This document shows, piece after piece, positions 19,123 to 29,182 of a stretch of DNA of 64,000 nucleotides. Position 1 is the first letter of the stretch, and every line of letters begins with the position of its first letter. The notes below the pieces were generated by a model. It did not search any database and was not told where the DNA came from. It was given only the letters and a program-made list of their open reading frames with translations. The stretch is from Cenarchaeum sp. (lineage in GTDB: Archaea; Thermoproteota; Nitrososphaeria; Nitrososphaerales; Nitrosopumilaceae): NCBI GenBank assembly GCA_963693095.2, contig OY843768.1:832001-896000 (forward strand). The letters run 5' to 3'. The translations under genes and the position numbers were made by a program.

Positions 19123-19905
19123 ATGGATCTCCTCGTGGCAGGCATGGACGACCCCGCAGGCGTGAATATGGCCACTGCCCTAGGCGGGCAGGCGCCCACG
19201 CAGGGGGAGCCCGTCGAGTGCGACGGGTTTGGCATCATGGCCATAGGGGGGCCGGCCATAGAGGCCGACGGGCTCGATGAGGGCATGGACTCTAGGTACG
19301 ACAGGGTTGTGTTTCTCTCAAGGCACGCGGCGGCGTCCGGACGCCTTGCGCTGACGTGCCACAGCACGGGCAACTTTGGCGTCGCGCAGGCCGGAGGCAG
19401 CGACTCTGAAGTGGCGATTCCGCACTCTCAGCTGATAAAGAGGCACATTCGCGCGCTTTGGGAGAACAGCGGCGCGTTTGGCGGGTTCCACCTGACCCTA
19501 GAGGCGACGCACCACGGCCCGAGCGCACTGCGCGTCCCGTCGGCGTTCATCGAGGTCGGCACTAGCGAGGAGCAGTGGCGCGATGCCGGCCTGTGCGCGC
19601 GCGTCGCCGACGTCCTGCGCGGTGCGCTCCTCGAGCGCAGTGCGCCGAGCCCGGAGGCCGTGTGCTTTGGCGGCGGGCACTATCCGGAAAAGTTTACGCG
19701 CGAGGCTGCCACCGGCGAGTTTGCGCCCGGCACGATCGTGCCAAGGCGCGCACTCGAGCTAGTCGACCGCGCGATGATGGACCATATACTTGCAAGGAAT
19801 GCCGGTGCGCACGTTGCGCTCGTTGATGCGAGCGGGATGGGTGGCCACAAGGCGCGCATACTCGAGATGCTCAAAGAGTCCGGAATCGAGGTTGTGCGCC
19901 TTTGA
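19123..19905 (+). CDS. dtdA: D-aminoacyl-tRNA deacylase (archaeal DtdA/GEK1 type)
   Basis: FLSRH, LTCHSTGN, EATHHGP, FIEVG, FGGGHY. Confidence 0.9.
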   Translation: MDLLVAGMDDPAGVNMATALGGQAPTQGEPVECDGFGIMAIGGPAIEADGLDEGMDSRYDRVVFLSRHAAASGRLALTCHSTGNFGVAQAGGSDSEVAIPHSQLIKRHIRALWENSGAFGGFHLTLEATHHGPSALRVPSAFIEVGTSEEQWRDAGLCARVADVLRGALLERSAPSPEAVCFGGGHYPEKFTREAATGEFAPGTIVPRRALELVDRAMMDHILARNAGAHVALVDASGMGGHKARILEMLKESGIEVVRL

Positions 19906-20255
19906 GCGCAGATGCCGTAAAGCCGCGCAGCGCGCGCGCCAGGGTGTACCGCGAGCTCCTAAAGGTAAAGCGCGGCGAGGTCACGACGTATGCGGACCTT
20001 GCCCGCGCGGCGGGAATTCCCGGCGGGCAGAGGGCAGTAGGGAACATGATGGCGACGAACCCCTGGCCAGGACTGGTGCCGTGCCATAGGGTGGTCCGCT
20101 CAGACGGCACGCTTGGCGGATATGCCCACGGAAGCGCCATAAAGGAGAGCATGCTCACACTGGAGGGAATAAGGGTTAGGCGCGGAAAGATTGTCGAGTT
20201 TGGCGACGCAAGGCACTCGTGGCGGCGCGCTAGGACGAGACGGACTCGGCAATGA
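19902..20255 (+). CDS. O6-methylguanine-DNA methyltransferase (MGMT C-terminal domain)
   Basis: GEVTTY, RAVG, active site PCHRVV. Confidence 0.92.
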   Translation: MSADAVKPRSARARVYRELLKVKRGEVTTYADLARAAGIPGGQRAVGNMMATNPWPGLVPCHRVVRSDGTLGGYAHGSAIKESMLTLEGIRVRRGKIVEFGDARHSWRRARTRRTRQ

Positions 20256-20676
20256 GCGATCGAAGGTGCGCCTTGTTCCTCACAAGGTTGCCGCCGACAC
20301 GCCCATAAAGGCGCCAAAACTCAGAGTTGGTTATCTCTTTGCGCTCCTTTGCTATCTTTAGCAGCCTGCGCAGGGAGCGAACCCTGGCGACGTGGTTCTC
20401 CTTTTTGCCCACGCGCGCACCCTGGCGTCCGCGCTTTGAGCCGGCCGTCGTGCCGCGCTTTTTCTTTTGCGCACGCTTTTGATCGGCGCGGCCATGGGAT
20501 GTCCCGCTTGCCGGAACTATGCGTATCGCGTTTGCGGTGATCAGGCTGCGTATGTTCTCGCGCGTGATTGCGTCTGCAATGTCGTCAAGCTTTTCGGTGT
20601 TGAAGCGTATGCGCCCCGTGCCCACGCCAGTCACGCGGGAGACGAGGAGCTTTTTGGCCCTAAGATTTACTACCAA
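20230..20676 (-). CDS. rpl19e: 50S ribosomal protein L19e
   Basis: DAITRENIRSLI, GSKRG, RVRSLRRLLK. Confidence 0.95.
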   Translation of the reverse strand: MVVNLRAKKLLVSRVTGVGTGRIRFNTEKLDDIADAITRENIRSLITANAIRIVPASGTSHGRADQKRAQKKKRGTTAGSKRGRQGARVGKKENHVARVRSLRRLLKIAKERKEITNSEFWRLYGRVGGNLVRNKAHLRSLIAESVSS

Positions 20677-21064
20677 CTCGCTCCACCCTTGCGTTGAACA
20701 CCTTGATGCCCAGTTCTGAGGCACGTGACACTATGGCCAGGCGCTTGCGCCTGCCGACGCTGTGGCCGAGGCGCACGCCGTCTGTTTTTGGATCGATCGA
20801 TGCCAGGCCTGCCACGTTATGGACAAGGTTGTCCGTGTATCCTGATGGGTGGAGGCCACGCGAGGCGACCGGACCGCCATATCCGGCCTTTACGAGCCCT
20901 GGGCGTCCACGGCTGAGCTGCTTGCGCTGGTGATTGTCGACCCCCTTGGGCTTGCGCCACGTGGTCTGGAGCCTCACATACCTCCAGCTCTCAGGCCTCA
21001 CAAAGTCCGGCCTCGTCTCCGAGACGCGCTTGCGGGCCTCAATGCGCTCCTTGTTTATGGGCAT
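20660..21064 (-). CDS. rpl32e: 50S ribosomal protein L32e
   Basis: FVRPESWRY, WRKPKGVD, RGLHPSG. Confidence 0.96.
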   Translation of the reverse strand: MPINKERIEARKRVSETRPDFVRPESWRYVRLQTTWRKPKGVDNHQRKQLSRGRPGLVKAGYGGPVASRGLHPSGYTDNLVHNVAGLASIDPKTDGVRLGHSVGRRKRLAIVSRASELGIKVFNARVERVGSKS

Positions 21065-21275
21065 CGTGCGCCGCACGCTCGATTTTTTGAATAAATAGCT
21101 TCGTATGCCAGCGTCCACGGTGCCTGAAAAGAGATAAAAGGGAATTTTTGCGGCCTGTGCTCACACATCATGGCCTCTAGAGCACCGGTGTCAGGCGTGA
21201 AAGGGACTGGCCTCTGAGGCTAGCGCAGCCGATTTTGGCGCGCAGATACGCGAGTTTGGCCTCCGGCCGGCCCGA

Positions 21276-22805
21276 GTGCGCCGGAACCTCGATCCGGCCG
21301 AGATCACGGCCATAGCGGTCAACTCCGGCGAGGGCGTCGTCTCGGCCACAGGAGCCCTGGCGGTCCAGACGGGCAAGTACACCGGCCGCTCGCCGTCTGA
21401 CCGGTTCATCATCGACGACGAGATCACGCGTGACACCGTGGACTGGGGCTCGATAAACAGAAAGTTTGATCCGTCAAGGTTCGATGCCCTGGCCGAGAGG
21501 ATGAAACGCAGTGCCGACGGCAGGGAGCTGTATTCCTTTGACGGGTTTGTGGGCGCGGATCCGCAGACGCGAATGGCAATACGCGTCATAAATGACCATG
21601 CGTGGCAGAGCCTGTTCGCAAGGCAGCTCTTTATCAGGCCGACAGCATCCGAGCTGTCATCGCACGTCCCCGAGTTCACAGTCCTGTGCCTCAACGACTT
21701 TGAGGCCGACCCCGCCAGGGACGGCACGCGCTCAGAGGCGTTCATACTGATTGGCATAAGCCAGCGACTAGTCATCATCGGCGGAACGCGGTACGCCGGC
21801 GAGATGAAAAAAGCGCTCTTTTCTGTCATGAACCACGTCCTGCCCGACAGGGGCGTCCTTCCGATGCACTGCTCGGCAAACATAGGCGCAGACGGAAAGA
21901 CTGCGCTCTTTTTTGGGCTGTCAGGAACCGGCAAGACGACGCTGTCAGCCGATCCGTCGCGCAGGCTAATCGGGGATGACGAGCACGGCTGGTCATCGAC
22001 GGGGACGTTCAACATGGAGGGCGGATGCTATGCAAAGTGCATAAATCTCAGACGCGAGGCAGAGCCGCAGATATGGGGGGCCATAAGGCCGGGCGCGGTT
22101 CTTGAAAATGTTGTGCTCGATTCAGAGACGCGCAATCCGGACTTTGATGACGGGAGCCTCACGGAGAACACGCGCGTGGCATATCCGCTAGACTATATTC
22201 CCGGCGCCGTGTCGCCCAGTGTGGGCGGCCATGCCAGCGTGATCGTCTTTCTCACGACTGACGCGATGGGCGTCCTGCCGCCAGTCGCGCGCCTCACGCG
22301 CGGTGGATCAATGTACCACTTTATGTCCGGATACACAAGCAAGCTTGCCGGCACCGAGAGGGGCATAAAGGAGCCAAAGGCCGTCTTTTCAGAGTGCTTT
22401 GGCGCCCCGTTCATGCCACGGCCCGCAGCCGAGTACGCGCACATGCTCGGCGACAGGATCGACGCCCATGGCACGTCAGTGTACCTGATAAACACTGGAT
22501 GGACCGGCGGGCCCTACGGCACGGGCAAGCGCATTGCCATATCGCACAGCAGGGCAATAGTCGCAGCAGCCGTGGGCGGAGCCCTGGATCACGCAAAGTA
22601 TGTGCACAATGGCACGTTCAACCTAGACGTGCCGGAGGCATGCCCCGGCGTGCCTGAGGGGATGCTGGATCCAAGGACGAGCTGGGCAGACGGGGTCGCA
22701 TATGACGCAATGGCCTCACGCCTAGCACGCATGTTCGTCGACAACTTTGCAAAGTTTGGCGACGCGTTTGGGGACATCGCCTCGGCCGGACCGCCCGCGC
22801 AGTAA
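21276..22805 (+). CDS. pckA: phosphoenolpyruvate carboxykinase (ATP)
   Basis: YAGEMKK, MHCSAN, FFGLSGTGKTTLS, IGDDEHGW, EGGCYAK; true start may lie slightly upstream. Confidence 0.96.
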   Translation: MRRNLDPAEITAIAVNSGEGVVSATGALAVQTGKYTGRSPSDRFIIDDEITRDTVDWGSINRKFDPSRFDALAERMKRSADGRELYSFDGFVGADPQTRMAIRVINDHAWQSLFARQLFIRPTASELSSHVPEFTVLCLNDFEADPARDGTRSEAFILIGISQRLVIIGGTRYAGEMKKALFSVMNHVLPDRGVLPMHCSANIGADGKTALFFGLSGTGKTTLSADPSRRLIGDDEHGWSSTGTFNMEGGCYAKCINLRREAEPQIWGAIRPGAVLENVVLDSETRNPDFDDGSLTENTRVAYPLDYIPGAVSPSVGGHASVIVFLTTDAMGVLPPVARLTRGGSMYHFMSGYTSKLAGTERGIKEPKAVFSECFGAPFMPRPAAEYAHMLGDRIDAHGTSVYLINTGWTGGPYGTGKRIAISHSRAIVAAAVGGALDHAKYVHNGTFNLDVPEACPGVPEGMLDPRTSWADGVAYDAMASRLARMFVDNFAKFGDAFGDIASAGPPAQ

Positions 22806-22857
22806 CTGCGCCACAGGCGCGTCAAATGCTAATAAAATGGGCTGTCGTGGACTGCCC

Positions 22858-24030
22858 ATGGACAGGGTGGCCCGCGAGCTGGCAGACGAGGCGCACAGCA
22901 TGCACAATGACGGGCCGCTCTGTGACCACTGCACGGGTCGCGCATTTCTGCGTCGTGCGCGCGCAACTGATGCGGCACGGCTCGGCAAGAGGCTTCGCGA
23001 GGCGGCCGGATACGCCGAGGCCACAAGGTGCTCGGTGTGCCGCGGGCTGTTTGCGCGACTCGACGAGGTCTGTGACGAGATGGTTCGCATGTCATCCGGA
23101 TTCGAGTTTTGCACGTTTCTTGTAGGCGCGACGCTAAAGCCGTCTGTGCTAGATGCCGATGACTCGATGCGCTCAAGGTACAGGCTGCGCGGCACGCCGA
23201 GCATAAAGGCCAATGTCACGCACACGCTCTCGAGGATGTTTGCGCGCAGGACGCACGCGCGCGCAGACACGAAATCGCCCGAGATGACCCTAAAGGTTGA
23301 CCTCAGGGACGGATCCGTCAGCATCGAGACGCGCCCCGTGCACGTGCGCGCAAGCTACACAAAAGAGTCGCGCGACATGCCGCAAAAGCAGGAGCGCTGC
23401 GGGGTGTGCGCCGGCAAGGGATGTGTCAGGTGCGGCAGGCGCGGCATGTCAGGAACGTGCAGCGTCGAGGGAAGGCTCGCAGAGTTTCTGTGTGATGCGC
23501 TTGGCGCCAAGCAGGCAAGGTTCTCGTGGTGCGGCAGTGAGGAGCGCGGCGGAAGGGTCAGCGGAAGGGGAAGGCCGTTCTTTGTGAGGCTTGCGTGCCC
23601 GACAAGGAGGCGCGTGGCGCTGCCAAAGCGCGTGAACCTTGATGGTGTCACGCTGCTGTGCGCGCACCGCGTGAGCTCGCCGCCCAGGGCAGCGCCGGCA
23701 TTCTCGCTGACGGCAATTCTTGACATCGAGTCAGGCGAGGAGATCGACGAGGAGTCCATTGCGAGTCTCCGATCGCTGCGCGGTCCGGTGACTGACTATG
23801 GGACGCGAATGCAGCGGCGCACCATACACTCGGTGTCGTACAGGAGGTCATCGCCGCGATCCTTCACGCTGCGCCTCAGGGTGGACGGGGGATTTCCCAT
23901 ACGCAGGTTCGTCGAGGGGCCGGATGTCAGCCCAAACGTCTCTGACCTCCTAGAGGTTCGCTGCTCCTGCAGGCGCGCTGACTTTGCCGACGTGGACATT
24001 GCCGGTGCCCCGGATCGTGCGAAATCTTGA
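22858..24030 (+). CDS. pus10: Pus10-like tRNA pseudouridine synthase (catalytic motif degenerate)
   Basis: N-terminal LCDHC/CSVC, THUMP-like region, YTKESRDMPQ, GRPFF, SPNVSDLL. Confidence 0.82.
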   Translation: MDRVARELADEAHSMHNDGPLCDHCTGRAFLRRARATDAARLGKRLREAAGYAEATRCSVCRGLFARLDEVCDEMVRMSSGFEFCTFLVGATLKPSVLDADDSMRSRYRLRGTPSIKANVTHTLSRMFARRTHARADTKSPEMTLKVDLRDGSVSIETRPVHVRASYTKESRDMPQKQERCGVCAGKGCVRCGRRGMSGTCSVEGRLAEFLCDALGAKQARFSWCGSEERGGRVSGRGRPFFVRLACPTRRRVALPKRVNLDGVTLLCAHRVSSPPRAAPAFSLTAILDIESGEEIDEESIASLRSLRGPVTDYGTRMQRRTIHSVSYRRSSPRSFTLRLRVDGGFPIRRFVEGPDVSPNVSDLLEVRCSCRRADFADVDIAGAPDRAKS

Positions 24031-24040
24031 TAATAGCGCC

Positions 24041-25327
24041 ATGCTCGCCTCGCGCACGGCAATGGGATACGGTCGAACTCACGTCATATCGGGCATCACG
24101 CGCGAGATGGTCGGCGAGCGCGTTGGCATAGCGGGCTGGGTCGAGGACAGCAGGGGCCTCGGCAAGGTGACATTCCTGACCATCCGTGACCACACCGGAG
24201 TCGCGCAGGCAATAGCAAAGGGCAGCCTTGCTGGCGAGGCCTCGGCGATACCGAGGCAGAGCGCCGTGCGCGTGACCGGCCCCGTGCAGGAGACGAGGGC
24301 GCGCGGGCTAGACTATGAGATATCCGCCGAGGAGGTCGTAGTCCTTGGACGCGCAGCTCAGATGCTCCCCATAGACCCAATAGGCAGGCTTGAGAGCGGA
24401 ATTGACGCGCGCCTCAACTCGCGCGCACTGGACATGCGCAACGCAAAGAGCGCGGCAATATTTCGCCTCCGCGCCGCCGTGCTCTCATCGCTCAGGAAGA
24501 CGTTTGCAAGTCTCGGATTTATGGAGATAACGACGCCAAAGATAATCGGGAGCGCAAGCGAGGGCGGCGCAAACCTGTTCTCCCTAGAGTATTTTGGGCG
24601 CACCGCATACCTTGCGCAGAGCCCACAGCTCTACAAGGAGCAGATGACCATGGGCCTGGGCAGCGTGTACGAGATTGCCAACTTTTACCGTGCTGAAAAG
24701 TCCCACACCGGCAGGCACCTAAGCGAGTTTACCAGCGTTGACATCGAGGCGGCGTTCATGGATGACGAGGATGTCATGCGCACACTGGAGGAGCTCGTCA
24801 CGGCGACATGCGCTGATGCCACAGGCGTCATGGAAGGCACGATTGGGGTGCCGGACAGGCCGTTTGAGCGCGTGACATACACACAGGCAGTAGACGAGCT
24901 GCGCAAGGCAGGCGAGGACATTAGCCAGGGCGATGACCTCCTTGACTCGCACCTAAAGATAGTCGGCAAGAACCACCCCGGATTTTACTTTCTTACCGGC
25001 TGGCCGACTGCGCTAAAGCCGTTCTACATAATGCCGCGAGACGACGACGCGTCACTCTCGCACTCGTTTGACCTGCAGCACGGTCACCTGGAGCTCTCCT
25101 CGGGCGGCACTAGGCTGCACGATCCGGCGATCCTGCGCGAGCGCCTAAAGGAGCAGGGCCTGGATCCCGCCGGCTTTGGCCCGCACCTGGAGGCATTTGC
25201 GTGGGGAATGCCTCCGCACTCGGGGTGGGGCATGGGCCTGGACAGGCTAGTCACGCTCATCGCCGGCCTTGACAACGTCAGGGAGACGGTCCTGTACCCG
25301 CGCGACCCCGACAGGCTCTCGCCCTAG
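24041..25327 (+). CDS. aspS: aspartyl-tRNA synthetase (archaeal type)
   Basis: SEGGANLF, LAQSPQLYK, RHLSEF, GMPPHSGWGMGLDR, YPRDPDRL. Confidence 0.96.
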   Translation: MLASRTAMGYGRTHVISGITREMVGERVGIAGWVEDSRGLGKVTFLTIRDHTGVAQAIAKGSLAGEASAIPRQSAVRVTGPVQETRARGLDYEISAEEVVVLGRAAQMLPIDPIGRLESGIDARLNSRALDMRNAKSAAIFRLRAAVLSSLRKTFASLGFMEITTPKIIGSASEGGANLFSLEYFGRTAYLAQSPQLYKEQMTMGLGSVYEIANFYRAEKSHTGRHLSEFTSVDIEAAFMDDEDVMRTLEELVTATCADATGVMEGTIGVPDRPFERVTYTQAVDELRKAGEDISQGDDLLDSHLKIVGKNHPGFYFLTGWPTALKPFYIMPRDDDASLSHSFDLQHGHLELSSGGTRLHDPAILRERLKEQGLDPAGFGPHLEAFAWGMPPHSGWGMGLDRLVTLIAGLDNVRETVLYPRDPDRLSP

Positions 25328-26343
25328 GACAGGCGCGAGGCGACCTCTTGGGCAAACTCTAGCGTGGACAGCGTGCCGCCAATGTCGCGCGTCTTGGCGC
25401 CAGAGGCGACCGTGTCATACACCGCGCCGGAGAGGCGCGAGGCCGCCTGCGCGCAGTGCGAATCGTCCCTGGTCCGTCCCAGCCATTCGAGCATCATGCA
25501 TGCCGAGAGGATGAACGATGACGGGTTGGCCGACTGTGTGCCCGCAATGTCAAAGGCTGCCCCATGGACAGGCTCAAAGATGGCCGCAGACTCCCCAATG
25601 TTTGCCGCCGGCGCCATGCCAAGGCCGCCGACTGCCTGTGCTGACTCGTCAGAGAGGATGTCCCCGAACATGTTCGTCGTGACAATGACGTCAAACTTTT
25701 GCGGCTCGCGAATGAGGTTCATGGCGCACGCGTCAACGTACATCTCGTCAAACTCAATGTCATCATACTCGGAGGCCACGCGCGCGCACGCGCGGGAGAA
25801 TATCCCGTCAGTGATGCGCATCACGTTGGCCTTGTGAACGCACGTGACACGGCGCTTTTTTGCGCGTGCCCTGGCCTCCTCAAACGCGCAACGCGCTATC
25901 CTCTCAGACGCGCCGTCAGAGACCGTTCGGAGCGCAACGCCGGCGCCGCCTCCAAGGTCAACCTCCCCGCCGGTGTACACGTCCTCGGTGTTTTCGCGCA
26001 CGATGACGAGGTCAATGTCATCACGAAGGGCCGGCATTCCCGGATACGAGCGTGCCGGCCGTATGTTTGCATAGAGATCAAGCTCGCTTCGCAGGAACAC
26101 GATCACGTCCCTTGCGCTCTCGCCGACAGGGGCCTTGAGGCACGCATCAGAGGAGCGGATCGCCTCAAGCGTCGACTCGGGGAGGGCATTGCCGCATGAG
26201 GCAAGCGCGGCATCACCGGCCTGCACGCGCTCCATTCCAATGTCCACACGGAGCTTGCCGCGTGCCTCATTGAGGACTAGCTCTGTGGCATCGGCAAGCT
26301 CGGGACCAATGCCGTCACCTGTCACAAGCGATATGCGGTGCAT
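25324..26343 (-). CDS. leuB: 3-isopropylmalate dehydrogenase (isocitrate/isopropylmalate family)
   Basis: GDGIGPE, VRENTE, NMFGDILSD, FEPVHGAA; downstream of ilvBN. Confidence 0.88.
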   Translation of the reverse strand: MHRISLVTGDGIGPELADATELVLNEARGKLRVDIGMERVQAGDAALASCGNALPESTLEAIRSSDACLKAPVGESARDVIVFLRSELDLYANIRPARSYPGMPALRDDIDLVIVRENTEDVYTGGEVDLGGGAGVALRTVSDGASERIARCAFEEARARAKKRRVTCVHKANVMRITDGIFSRACARVASEYDDIEFDEMYVDACAMNLIREPQKFDVIVTTNMFGDILSDESAQAVGGLGMAPAANIGESAAIFEPVHGAAFDIAGTQSANPSSFILSACMMLEWLGRTRDDSHCAQAASRLSGAVYDTVASGAKTRDIGGTLSTLEFAQEVASRLS

Positions 26344-26365
26344 GGGACCATTGTCCGGCCGGCGC

Positions 26366-26854
26366 TCACGCACCGGCCCTCTGGAGGGCTGCCATTCCGG
26401 TGCGCGCCACCTCTATTATCCCAAACGGCCTCACAAGATCCTCAAAGGCAGACACCTGGTCAGGCGGTGCCGTAAGCTCGACCATTATCGAGTCACGCCT
26501 TACGTCATGCACCTTGCCGCCGTACGCGAGCGCAAGCTTGTTTATCTCCATGCTGTCCTTTGCGTCCCCAAGGCGTATCTTGAATATCGCAAGCTCGCGA
26601 AACACGGTCTTGTGCTCGTCAAGGGAGGACACCTCCACGGTGTCTATGAGCTTGTTGAGCTGCTTTATCATCTGGGCGACCTGGCGGGGATCCTGGTTGC
26701 GCACGGATATCGTCATTCTTGAAAACTCTGGATCCTCTGTTGGCCCCACAGAGATGCTCTCAATGTTAAAGTTGCGAGACCTAAACAGGTGCGTGACCTT
26801 CCAGAGGATTCCAGGCCTGTTCTCCACCTTTATCGAGAGTATCGTCAACGCCAA
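26366..26854 (-). CDS. ilvN: acetolactate synthase small subunit
   Basis: VENRPG, FNIESISVG, KQLNKLID, EVARTG. Confidence 0.95.
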   Translation of the reverse strand: MALTILSIKVENRPGILWKVTHLFRSRNFNIESISVGPTEDPEFSRMTISVRNQDPRQVAQMIKQLNKLIDTVEVSSLDEHKTVFRELAIFKIRLGDAKDSMEINKLALAYGGKVHDVRRDSIMVELTAPPDQVSAFEDLVRPFGIIEVARTGMAALQRAGA

Positions 26855-26860
26855 ATCACC

Positions 26861-28549
26861 TCACGACGGCAGGATCATGTCCCGCAGCGGCGTTCCTGGA
26901 GCCACAAACGGAAGCACGTCCTCCTCCGGATTTATCGGTATGTCAATCACCGTTGCCACGCTGTTTGACAGCGCAGTCCGCACGGCCGAGCCAATCTCGT
27001 CGAGGGACTCGGCCCTGATGCCCTCGGCGCCATACGCCTGGGCGAGCTTTACATAGTCAGGACAGTCCTTTTGGTCAACGCCTATCATCCTGCGCTCATA
27101 GAACGTGCGCTGCCACTGCGCGACCATGCCGAGCAGATAGTTGTTGATGAGGAACACGATTACGGGGATGTCTTCGGTCACCGACGTCGCTAGCGAGTTT
27201 TCCGTCATGTTAAAGCTGCCATCACCGGCAATGTCAATCACGGGCACGTCAGGGCGCGCGACCTTGGCCCCAATGGCCGCAGGAAAGCCCCACCCCATCG
27301 TTCCAAGCCCAGTCGAGCTGAAAAAGGTGCCTGGCTCAATGACATTGTAAAAGAGCGAGGCCCACATCTGGTGCTGCCCGACCTCCGTGGTCACTATGGA
27401 CTCGGCCGGCAGGACCTCGCGCAGCCGCTTTAGTATGCGCGATGCGACCATCTCGCCGCTTGGAATCTTTAGGTTTTCCTGCCAATAGTCGCGCGTCTCC
27501 TTTGCGTGGCGGACCCATGCGCCCTCCTCGCGCGAGGAGGGGGAGCGCTTTTGGAGCATCTTTACCATGATGCGCAGCGACGAGCGCACGTCGCCGACGA
27601 CGGCGACACTCGTCTTTTGGTTCTTGCCAATCTCTGCCGGATCCACGTCCATGTGTATGATCTTTAGGTTCTTTTCAAACTCCTCAAATGTCCCGACAGA
27701 CCTGTCCGAAAAGCGCGTCCCTATCGCAAGGACACAGTCAGCCTCGGTCATTATCTTGTTGGCCTCGGCGTGCCCGTGCATGCCGATTGGCCCGAGGGAG
27801 AGCGCATGGTTTTCGGGAAACGCCCCCTTGCCCTTGAACGTTGTCGCAACGGGTATCAGGAGCATCTCGGCTATCGCCTGCAGTTCTGCAAACGCCGAGG
27901 ATATTATTGTCCCGCCGCCGGCGAGTATCACGGGCTTTTCTGATGAGAGGAGGAGGTCCAGCGCACGCTCTATGCTAGGCATGTCAGGATCCGTCCACGG
28001 GTGGTATCCGCGTATGCGAAACTCGTCTGGAAACGTCATCTCGGCAGTGTCAGTCTGCACGTCCTTTGGAATGTCCACGAGAACCGGTCCGGGCCTGCCA
28101 GTCTCGGCGATAAAGAACGACTTTTTGACCGATTCGGGTATCTCTCCCGGTGCGCGAGGCTGGAACGCATACTTTACCACGGGGTTTGCCATTCCTATAA
28201 TGTCACTCTCCTGAAACGCGTCACGCCCAATCATCTTTACCGGAACCTGGCCGGTGATTGCCACCATTGGCGCAGAGTCAGCATACGCCGTAGCTATTCC
28301 GGTGAGGAGGTTTGTGGCTCCGGGTCCGGATGTCGCAAAGCAGACGCCGGGCTTGCGGCTGACGCGCCCAAAGCCATCGGCCATGTGCGCGGCGGACTGC
28401 TCGTGGCGCACGAGTATGTGGCGTATGTCAGACTTTGAGAGCTCGTCATACATCGGCAGGTTGGCCCCGCCGGGAAGCCCAAAGACCTGCTTTACGCCCT
28501 CCGCGTCGAGGGCGTGCATGAGTGCCGTGGCTCCCATCATCTCTGCCAT
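26861..28549 (-). CDS. ilvB: acetolactate synthase large subunit
   Basis: RHEQ, TSGPGATN, GQHQMW, GDGSF..NN.LGMV. Confidence 0.96.
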   Translation of the reverse strand: MAEMMGATALMHALDAEGVKQVFGLPGGANLPMYDELSKSDIRHILVRHEQSAAHMADGFGRVSRKPGVCFATSGPGATNLLTGIATAYADSAPMVAITGQVPVKMIGRDAFQESDIIGMANPVVKYAFQPRAPGEIPESVKKSFFIAETGRPGPVLVDIPKDVQTDTAEMTFPDEFRIRGYHPWTDPDMPSIERALDLLLSSEKPVILAGGGTIISSAFAELQAIAEMLLIPVATTFKGKGAFPENHALSLGPIGMHGHAEANKIMTEADCVLAIGTRFSDRSVGTFEEFEKNLKIIHMDVDPAEIGKNQKTSVAVVGDVRSSLRIMVKMLQKRSPSSREEGAWVRHAKETRDYWQENLKIPSGEMVASRILKRLREVLPAESIVTTEVGQHQMWASLFYNVIEPGTFFSSTGLGTMGWGFPAAIGAKVARPDVPVIDIAGDGSFNMTENSLATSVTEDIPVIVFLINNYLLGMVAQWQRTFYERRMIGVDQKDCPDYVKLAQAYGAEGIRAESLDEIGSAVRTALSNSVATVIDIPINPEEDVLPFVAPGTPLRDMILPS

Positions 28550-28735
28550 TTCGCGCATGCGGCAAGTCGGCATGGTTTAAAGCGTTGGTATGAGTGCGCA
28601 TCGCCTTAAAAAGTCACGAGGCGCAGCACGGGGATACTCTGCCTGCCATGCGGCGTCGCGCCGGTGCGCCCCTGCGCACACGCCCCCCACGGGGGCGCGG
28701 TTGCGTTAAATCAGGCGTGCCACGGGGGAGACCCG

Positions 28736-29182
28736 TTGCCCGAGATAACGCCCGAGATTGCCTCATTTCTTGAGCGCGTGCGCCTCGGGTTTGTGGCCAC
28801 AGTGTCGCCGGTCGGCAGGCCAAACGTCTCGCCAAAGGGAACCATAGTCTCGCTTGGCTCCTCGCGCCTAGCCTTTGCGGACATTCGCTCGCCGGACACG
28901 ATGGCAAACATTTCCAAAAACCCTGCAGTCGAGATTAGCGCAATAGACCCGCTCTCGCGTCGCGGGTACCTCTTTGCCGGAATGGCCCGCGCATGCGCGT
29001 CAGGTCCGGAGTTTGAGGAGGCGATGCGCGCCTACTCTGAGATGGGGATTCGCAGCCACATAAGGGCAGTCGCAATAGTTGACGTGGAGTCGATCTCGGA
29101 GGTGACATCACCGCTGTACGACACCGGAATGCGCGAAGACGAGATACGCGATGCATGGGCGCGGCGCTATGGCATGCGCTAG
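28736..29182 (+). CDS. pyridoxamine 5'-phosphate oxidase-like FMN-binding protein
   Basis: FVATVS..G.PNVSPKG, T.ANI..NP. Confidence 0.85.
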   Translation: MPEITPEIASFLERVRLGFVATVSPVGRPNVSPKGTIVSLGSSRLAFADIRSPDTMANISKNPAVEISAIDPLSRRGYLFAGMARACASGPEFEEAMRAYSEMGIRSHIRAVAIVDVESISEVTSPLYDTGMREDEIRDAWARRYGMR

